A DNA stretch of 64,000 bases from Amphiscolops sp. MND2022 (taxonomy: Eukaryota): NCBI GenBank assembly GCA_964187785.1, contig OZ076409.1, forward strand, positions 22,694,001 to 22,758,000, given 5' to 3'. Under the pieces are notes generated by a model. It ran no database searches and was not told the origin of the DNA. It saw nothing but the letters and a program-made list of their open reading frames with translations. Below are positions 55,151 to 64,000 of the stretch, piece after piece. Position numbers and translations under genes: made by a program. Position 1 is the first letter of the stretch, and the number at the start of each line of letters is the position of its first letter.

Positions 55151-57890
55151 TTTGCCACGACTCCAATTTACTGAAAAACTACCTGTCAGACAGTATCTAA
55201 TATCTGACCCTTCTACTGTATTTCATTCTGAATATTACTCTTCACTTCAGGAAACCTCCTTAGCTGTCTGGCAGCAGCAAATGAGAACCACTCCTGCTCA
55301 ATCTCATACTCCGGACCACAGGTCCAACGGACTTGACTCGACTACAACCTCTATTTGTACCTTCCGGTATTAGATGAAAACAACCCCTTTTATACAGACT
55401 ACGGTGTAGACCCCTACTGGGACATTCAACTTTACAATCAACATGAGATACACTTTTATGGAGATTTCAACAAGGAAGACGCAGACATAGAACCCGACTG
55501 TCCCGTGACTGATAGGGCTTTAAATGACGTCTTGATCAAAGAACTACTCGACCCTTGGCAAACAAAAACTACTCCTTGTGCTTCACCAGCACAAGATGAG
55601 CCAGAAGATGAATTCCCCAACCTTAGACCACAAGTCTCTTTGACTACAGCAGTTGAAGCACGATTTGTGATCACCCTGGTCACAAGAAATAGAGAACCAG
55701 ACTATGTACCGCTGACAACCAATCTTGACCTCAAATATAAGCGACGAATGCTCTATTTTCCAATCCCTTTTGGCGAACTTACATTAGATGGATTTGTAGA
55801 CACGGGAGCTCTATCTAGCGCTATCCCTGACGCTGATCTACGTAAAATCCGATTATTAGCCCTCAGTCATTGTCAAAAAGGGCCCAGCACCCAATTTCAA
55901 AATAATGGTAGCAAATGGGCAGTTGGAAACTTCGACGAGCACTGTCGAACTGAGATTTGAGGTTGGCGACATAGAGTTTCATCACGAAATTTTTTTGTAA
56001 TGGAGAAACTAACGAGTCCGTTGATTGATCTTTCATTCCTACAACGAAACAACACCATATTGGACATGCGACAGGGAGTAATAAATTTCCCGTTTTTCTC
56101 CATGCAACTGAAAACAGCAGATCATAAGTACACCAACGTCATGTATCCTACCTGTACCCAATCCCCGTGTAGGATATCACAATTCTCCCTAACAACTAGT
56201 CACGTTGACCTCACAAAGGTGTGAATTGGCACTGTAGAATCTCTGTAGAATTGGCACTTCTGCAACGTTGCAGGATAATAACAACTCTCCCATTTTCAAA
56301 ATATGCGTGGCGATTTGTGCCCAAAAGAAACCTAATGGCAAATTACGACTACTAGTCGACCTTCGGAAGATTAACAATCTCATCTCAGATGATTATATCA
56401 ACAACAATCATCCCGTCAGTACGCTGACTGATGCCGCTCTACATATGGCAGGCAAAAAACGCTTTTGCAAAATGGATTGCTCACCGCAATGGCGGACCAA
56501 AGGCCGATAGAGATGCTGGCGTTCATTTTTGCCAGCAAAACCTTTGAATATCTGATTGTTATCAGCCTTTTCAAACTTTATGCGCGATTACCTTGATAGC
56601 GTTATCAAGACTGATCAATTCGCACAAAAAGTCGACGACGCAAACGACGCTTAACAACTCATCAAGAACCTACAGGCCACTTTCCAATGCATCCGAGATG
56701 CAGGTTTGAAGCTTATCATGCACAAATGCCATTTTGGTGCAACGGAAATCGATTGCCTGGGTCGGGCCGTTTATCCGGTTGGTTTGCGGCCGCAACGACC
56801 ACGAGTCTGAAAATTCTCGAAAACACCGAATTTCCAACTTCTAAGAAAACACTTCAACAATACCTGGGATTTCTCAACTATTTTTGAAACTAACTCCTTA
56901 GGTTTTCAGAAAAACTGACTGACTCCGTTCCTCAAACTCCTGAAAAATGATGAAAACTTCCTGATAACACTGGAACTGTTGTAAAAATTCACCGAGATAA
57001 ACAAGGCCCTTGACCGTTGTTGCGAATTAGCGCTTAAACAACCTCTACCAATAAAGCAAAAAGCCCTCATGACTGATGCCAGCTTCATGGCTGCTGGGTA
57101 TGCAGTCCTGATTGAGGATGACCCACAAGAAAAGTACACTTCAACGAGGAAAACCTTTGCTCCGGTAGCCTACGGCTCAAAGACCATCAGTCCCGCACAG
57201 TTAAAAATGTCCATTTATGCAAAAAATATCTTAGCAAAATTCATTGCCTTCAAGGAATTGGGACATATCTTCCGGGGGACCCCAAGACCGGTGACAAAAG
57301 TAACAGATTACAAATCAGTTACACGTTTTTTTTTCAAACAAAAATCATTCCACCGACGCTTTGGAATGCATGCGACTATGTAATCCAATTCAACTTTACT
57401 ATTGCACATATTCCGGGCAAGAACAACACGGCAGCTGATTATTTATCACGCCCAGAAGTCTCTCCGAAATAAAAATTGATACTTCCAATTAGAGAAGATA
57501 TCCCCACAACGCCAATTGAACTACACGTTCAATCAGCGGGGGTCAATGAAGAGGAACAAATCTTCAAATCTTCTACTCTGAAGATGATGACGAAACAGAA
57601 GAACAAATCTGGCAACGAAAGAAACAGGTACGGGAAAGCCCTACCCACCAACTACCGGATATTTCGTTTGAAAAATTCAGCACTCATAATGGCAATTAAT
57701 ACAAAATTTCAACCTGTTAAAAACTAGCCAACACAGTAGCTATGGAACAAAATAACGATGTCATTTTACAGCAACTCAAACTCAAAATACAGAAAGAAGA
57801 ATATTCAGAAACGATTTTGATACAAGGTACCAGATACCAACACTACCTACGTGAATTCGACTGGATGTCCATTCAAAATGAAATAATTAT
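55150..57890 (+). pseudogene. pol remnant of Gypsy element 2 (protease, RT, RNase H; truncated before integrase core)
   Basis: LDGFVDTGALSSAI; KPNGKLRLLVDLRKIN; FCKMDCS; LQQYLGFLNYF; MTDASFMAAGYAVLIE; AHIPGKNNTAADYLSR. Confidence 0.92.
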
Positions 57891-58145
57891 GTATGAATAT
57901 TAAATTGCAAAGTCTGTTTCTTGTTATCTGTCCTCAAGGACATGTATTTTACTTGGGACTATTCCGACTTCTTTTTTGAAATAAATACTCGTCGACAAAG
58001 CAATTTAGTGACGTACAATACAAAGGCCACAAATAACAACTGCAAAGTCAATGGCAAACATCAAACAACGGATACAACATGTAAATACAACAAGTCTACA
58101 TGGTACAAAGTTACAACTATGGGGCTAAATGTACACTATGTACAA

Positions 58146-61100
58146 TTAGTCTTTACTGGTGCACTGACGAACGTTTTTGGCACTCTGGCTAATTTCATCC
58201 TCCGACAATAGTTGAGTAGGCCGCGCATGCTTCTTGGAGAAGCGAAGCGTACTGAGGGAATGCTGAACGTCATTTTCGCTAGCAGATTTCTCCTTTCTAG
58301 CCCTGCATTGGAACTTGTTCCCTGGATCAAGTTTATATAAGATCTCTGTTCGCCCGAAGTAGTCCAATCCCAACAAAGGGTCATATGTGTCGCTTAGGGC
58401 ACGCCTACTGAATGTGGATTCAAGTTCGAGTGAGTCCGAAATGGAGGCATCGCTAGTAACAGTCTCAATGGAGTTCACCACGTTGCTGAAGAACAATTGG
58501 ACCGGCAGTACAACATCGACTAGCTTGCTGGTGAGGTCATCGGTGTTGACACAACCGATTTTAACAGCTGGCAAAGTGCGGAATGTTCCATTTAGACAGA
58601 GGCAAGCGAGCTAAAAGCCTTGCAAAAGTAATGGTTGAGAATGTATTGTCGACTCTTCCATGATGAACTTCACAGTGTCAAGAATTAGAAAGATTGGTTG
58701 GTCAAACTCAGAAAAATTGACCCTGAGTTTATCCACGAACGACAAATATTCCTCCTGCGCCTGTGAATGCTGATCCGCAGTGAAGTAGCCCCGCAGACTG
58801 AAGGTAGTGAACAACTTGCTGTTACACCGGGTAACATGCGCAAGCGGCAGCTTCAAAAGCATTTCGAGGTCGAAGCTTCCCAGTCCTTGGGTAATCAGCG
58901 TTGTGAAGTCAAAATGACTTCTGGTCTCTTTGAAGAGGTGCGTGACGTGGCTTCTTGCCAGTCTGCCTTACTCCTTCTCGTCTTGGCCTGGCTGTCAGTT
59001 CTCAAATTGATAGATTCTCTCCTTTCGTCTCGTGTTTCTCCACCTCCGCCTTCAGTTTGCACGCGTGGTCCAATTTGGACTCAATCTTCAACCGATTGAG
59101 GAAGACAGTGAAACTTAGGGCAGTGGCAACAGAGATTTCGAGGTCGAGAATCCCGTCGATGTCGTCTTCGGAAGGCGGAGATTTTGGCATGACCACCCTC
59201 TTAGCCAGCTTGCGGAGATATAGAAATAAATGTCTATAGGTGTGAAAGCCTCTGTATCGGCGTCCTTGGAGGCTAAGAGTATCTGAACAAAGTAACTTGC
59301 GCGTTGCACACCTTTTTTTGCTGGTAAACAAAGTTACCCCAAAGTTCTGAGTCCTACTGAAGGTACCAATTCTAGTAGTCAGAATTTGAATAACGTGTTG
59401 AAAGATTTTACCATTATGAACAACTGTGACCGAGACTATGGAAAAAGAAAAAGCAACCACTAGTTTATAATATCTCAAATCACTAACAGTCACGGACCAA
59501 CTTGTAGAATGGTTCCAAATGACACGTAAAGAAGTCATCGAGGATTATCGATCACTTGAGACTTTGTGGCTAAAACGAAAGAGCTTGTTGCAGAAACTTG
59601 GAAAACGACCATAGGTATGTTGGACGAAAGGAACCCTACCTATTTTCTCACTCCTTGCTTTTGCTGTTGGACGGCGTGGGTAGTCAGAAAAGAAGTGATT
59701 GACTTCCAGTGGGCAATCAACTGTTGGCAAAAGGTTGGTATAGAAGGGATGTCAAGTTTGCTCGACTTTATAGCCTGAACGTGGAAGGCGAAATTGAGTA
59801 CCAGAACTAAATATAGGTAGACTGGAAGAAGAGAAATACTAACTTTGACAAGTTCAAGAATAAACAACGTCCCCTCCATTTGCACACTGCCCCCCCAGAG
59901 AGATGCCCAGATACTGGAGGACCAAAAAGACGTCTTTTCGGCCGAATATACCGTGGCTGTCCTTGTGCATCAACTTCCTGATGGCAATCTTGTCAAAAGT
60001 GGTGAGTCGTTGGACCCCAAGTCTGGACAAAGCAGAGTTATCAATCAATTGTACCAGGTTGAAGGAAGCCCCAGAACAACACACTAATTTTGCTTCCGGC
60101 GAAATAGCAGCGTGTAAAACGAGTGTAAAACGAGTGTAAAACGAGTGTAAAACGAGTGTAAAACGAGTCTGAGAAGCAGTCTCCAAATCCATCGCGGCGT
60201 AAAAGTCATCCTTGGTATTAGTCCGATAGGCCATTGGACCTCCACGGGTACCTTCCTCCTCATAGTCAGTTTTGCCAATGTTTTCTTCCTGTAGTGTAGG
60301 TTGCAGTTCAGTGGTTGGTCCAGGGGTTCTCATTGTAAGAACAATCGTTGCATCAGTCTCAGTGTTTGTCTCGTTGATGCTTCTTGGGGTTCAACTGGAG
60401 GAGTGCTGGTCTCTAAAAACGTGACGACGGGTACGTCCTCCGCAGTTTCATCAGCTACCTCAGGGTCACTCAATCCGGGAATGACGTGTGCAGGGTCACT
60501 CACGCTGGCCTTGCCTCGTTCAGAAAGTTCATCATCATCCTCAACGGTGATAGTGACCTTTGCTCCTAGCAACTCCATTTTGTGCGTGAAATACGCCCAA
60601 CAACTCTCTGTATCGCTGATAGAAGACAGTTCAATGACGAGCTGCTTGTCTGTGGTACTCTTGGGCGTTTCGACGTCAGGAACTTGAACATTTTGCTGAG
60701 GATCAACGTCCACATTTCGCCTGATTCATGATTTGGTTGGCCGCTCATTTCTTTGCCTAAACGGAAAGAAACAAATTCAAGCGATCCACTTCCACTATCT
60801 AAGTTTATTATCTGTTCATACCTATGGTTGAAAATTTCGCAATGGAGGAAGTGAAAACATAGTCAATGGGAAGCCATGATCAAGATCAAAATTGACTAAA
60901 AATTTTAAAAGAACTACTTTTATGTTTGTCAAAATTGGCAAACAAAACTTGTATGTCGAGTTTCAACTACTGGACTTAGATGCTGACGTCTGCAAATTGG
61001 GAAGATTGCTGTTGAATTGGAATTGGGGATCTGGGGTAGGCTGCGGGACACATTTGAACTCAGTTCGAAGTAGGTCGGACAGACTCACAGTCCGAATATT

Positions 61101-61174
61101 GGAAATCTGCGGGAGTTGCTGCAACTGTGACAAAAGTTGCAAAAGGTTGATCTGTTGCGATCCACAGAGCTAAT
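58146..61174 (-). pseudogene. Antisense multi-exon accessory gene(s) inside Gypsy element 2, unknown function
   Basis: Chain of minus-strand ORFs 60748-60330, 60333-59854, 59885-59640, 59320-59002, 58862-58146 (the last with one internal stop). GT-AG introns 59843-59775 and 59651-59570; strong acceptors at 61175, 60757 and 59321. Confidence 0.6.
60112..60168. repeat. 11-bp tandem repeat (5 copies)
   Basis: GTGTAAAACGA x5 within the antisense ORF. Confidence 0.95.
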
Positions 61175-62085
61175 CTGCATCAGGAGAAATAAAATAGGTG
61201 ATTCGAATGAGGAAAGAAACGAGGAAACTAATGAATGCAAATGCTGCGCTGTTGACTGTGATTGTTATCAAACTGGTTTAAGACGCTCGATGTCAAAATA
61301 ACTGCAAGTACCAGTTACTTATACCTACTTATTACTATCATACTCGACTTTTGAGACGGTTAATTATACAATTATCATGTTTTTAAATCATTTCACATTA
61401 AAAGACTTCTTGGCTTGATGCAAGTTGTTTTATTATGTCCGTGGTTATAAATCCTTTCATCTATCTTTCATCGTGATTTTTGGTGTTACAGAATCTGCCA
61501 GTGTTGTATACTCAAATTTGATTCTAGTATCAACTTGACCATTGTTACCATCGTTCATTTTTCATCAAATTCCAACATTCTAATTTTTTACTCCAAACTG
61601 CTTCAGTCCTTTGCTATCAAGTATTTCAATTTTTCACGCAGATGTTTCATTCAGAAAATTCATTCATTCATTGGCAGAATTTGATTCGGTGGTTAGTCAA
61701 AGCTGGTCTCGCGGACCGGTGGTCTTTGAAGGATATTGTTGACGGCAGATTAGTGTTAGTAAACATCTTTATAACCAATTAATAACACTATCGCTGTTGA
61801 TGAAGCCGCTTGAAAGTTCCTCAAAGGCTACGTGACTAGCGAGTGGTTTCTTATCAAAAGAAAAGAGAATTCCGATTGACTTTCCGAAAAAAAGGAAGTT
61901 TCAAGAAAACTTCGAAAAGTTTGTTTTCGGTTTCTCCGGCTGTGTTTCCCGCGGAAATTGTAATTTTTGACTTGGGGTCTCCTAGCCTGAAGCTGGCATT
62001 CATCTTAGTTCCTGTTTGCCAAACAGTCGACCCTTTAATCTACAAAACTGCCGAGAAGTTCTTCTTGAAAAAATTTCAATTAGAA

Positions 62086-62700
62086 ATGTCTCTACATTTC
62101 TCTGTAGAGGATTCAATTAACCCATTGGTTAGCCTATCATAAGTCTCCTCAGAAGAAGATATGGGGATAGATGATCCCCCATCTGTTATCGAAGTGGACA
62201 ATTCAGACAGTGACATTGAAGTAATAGCGTGTTGTATAGAAGTACCGACCTCAAGACCACTGGGCGTTGCTGGACGCTGCATGACAACCGAGTTATCAGA
62301 AGATGAAGACGAATTTTCCCTGTTCAAAGGATTGTACGGCTCATCGATTAGGGAGGTTTCAGAAAATCCACAAATAAGGCGCGTAGCTATTACTACTAGC
62401 GGGATTTGGGGAAAATCCGGATCAAATCTCTCAAGGAAGTTGCATAGTATGCGGCCAATTGGCTGATACCATAAGAGAAAATTTACGTTCGATTATCTGG
62501 AAAGAACCCACATGGCGGGAGAGACATACTTTGTCCGCCTCAGAAGGAGAAAGGCGTTCCAAGCAGGGATGCAAACAGGTTCTTTTGTTCTCGTACCCAG
62601 GGGAGTGTCACAGGCTGCCTCCTGCGATGGTAATCAATACCAAGTTGCAGTCAGCGATCTGGATAACACGCCCCTACCTCCTGGAATGTTGCCACTCTAG
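62086..62700 (+). pseudogene. Extra sense ORF (~204 codons, two internal stops) crossing the PPT into the 3' LTR
   Basis: ATG 62086, ORF 62161-62466 and ORF 62512-62700 are all in one frame. Acidic N-half, basic C-half. Confidence 0.55.
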
Positions 62701-63809
62701 GCCGCGTGGACCATCAGTCCACGTTGAAAAGACTCTTATAAACTTTTAGCTCTTATAAGCCGGCCTAATACAATTTTATACCTTTATGGACCGTAGGTCC
62801 GCTTGTCTAATTGCGACGTATATTCGCGTTGACATTTTGGTATTTAATTTACAAGGTTTCAATATGATTTTAATCTAGTTATCGATTTTGTGATGCATAC
62901 ATTTATACATATGTTTACGTACATATATACGCATACCCAATGTAAACCAGAATAGATTGATGCTCTACGTTTGCGATAGAACGTGGTAAAATTTTGCATA
63001 GAAGGCACTGGAAAGTTCACGGGGAAACGCGTTTGAATCGTCCGGGCCGTTTTGGTCAATTCGGACAAGTAGTCCGCTAATTTAGCATCCAATCACAGTA
63101 CAGTGCTATAGTATTCATTTTTGTCTCACCTAGTTATTTTGGACTGCATGTCCGTTACATGTAAATCATATTCACTGCAATGTAAACAAATTGATGTGAA
63201 GTGATTGTAATTGGGACTTGAATGGCATGCCGCTTTTACGCCCCCCTCACTAGCTCAACCCTTTCGCGACCCAAACTGTTTCTATTTATAACCAAATGAT
63301 GTAATGATGACGTATGATCCGCAAGGACATTTCCCCTAGATTTGATCCTTTTTTCAGAAGCTTGACACCAGGAAAAGTGCTTGTCACTCTCTCCCAAGTA
63401 TTTATATGAGGGTCAGGTAGACCACAGGATGATGATCATTTTTGACGCTCTAGACTAGTGGACCTACTGTCTGACTTAGAAAATGTAGACGTAATGTTGG
63501 GTTTCTATTCTAGAAATGAATTAGAAAGCAATTCAGGAGATAAAAATGACGTAGTGGACTTCGAGTCCGACAGACCTAGACAAGACATAGTTCAAAAAAG
63601 CGAAGATTTCAAGTTACTTCTAAATTCAAGTAGTAGAGAAACGAGTGAATCTACCATTGAAACCATGAGACTAGTAAATTCTGAAGTTTCCAAGAAAATT
63701 GATGAATTAAAAAGGGACTTAAACACTTAATTAGTGGAAACTCTAAATTCAGTAATTAGTGAGAAAGTCTTTCCGAATATCCAGAATACTATGACCCGTC
63801 AGAATTCTG
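62606..63809 (+). repeat. 3' LTR of Gypsy element 2 (internal ~240-bp deletion, truncated at right)
   Basis: Aligns to 52471-~53885 (6 mismatches in the first ~130 bp, more further on), lacking ~53300-53535. Followed by a HINE-family fragment at ~63815-63912. Confidence 0.9.
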
Positions 63810-64000
63810 TTGTTGTGAAACTGTCTTCGGCATTGTGAAACCTTTTTGCGGAAACAAACTTCCCAAAAGGCCCCCTTCATTTTTTTGGAGTTTTGCGACA
63901 GAATGGATGTTGTTTACATGCGTTTCGGTCAGAAAGTTGCCCCAGTGGTTTAGTGTCAAATCATTCGGTATGCACATCTCAAAGTTCATGAATTCACAAT

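Larger units (their letters stand above)
52471..63809 (+). mobile_element. Large decayed Ty3/Gypsy LTR retrotransposon with long LTRs and accessory ORFs (integrase region missing, 3' LTR truncated)
   Basis: Long direct repeats start TGTC at 52471 and 62606. PPT AGGGGAG precedes the second copy; a PBS-like sequence follows 54060. gag, PR, RT and RNase H remnants lie between them. Confidence 0.9.

Noticed and set aside
57890..62600. env gene in Gypsy element 2
   Set aside because: No long sense ORF with signal peptide, furin site or TM anchor; coding signal is mostly antisense.
1..64000. tRNA, rRNA or snRNA genes
   Set aside because: No cloverleaf or conserved RNA gene sequence recognised by eye; CTTACCTG matches at 6194 and 8635 look like reverse-strand splice donors, not U1. 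A covariance-model scan would be needed to exclude them.

Overview
Eukaryotic, AT-rich, repeat-dense genomic DNA, most likely an invertebrate animal (inference), with one 200-N assembly gap. One host gene can be reconstructed on the + strand: a 10-exon, ~687-aa TRIM-NHL protein (RING, NHL-1/Abba-type B-box, coiled coil, six NHL blades) spanning 11076-49258 with phase-consistent junctions. Its best model needs a GA-AG first intron and favours a GC-AG last intron. It also has a pair of duplicated exons only 20 nt apart that look mutually exclusive. The rest is mostly mobile DNA: a decayed full-length Ty3/Gypsy element (473-5840); an intact 1.9-kb hAT transposon with perfect TIRs and 8-bp TSD just upstream of the gene; two CR1/L2-group LINE remnants; many Helentron-type (HINE) non-autonomous elements; CCC...GGG elements with 2-bp TSDs; foldback elements; and satellites. 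The most unusual object is a large decayed Gypsy element (52471-~63809). It has ~1.6-kb LTRs that contain the start of gag, an intron-containing gene on the antisense strand between pol and the 3' LTR, and an extra sense ORF running into the 3' LTR. All calls come from manual reading of the sequence; no database searches were run.
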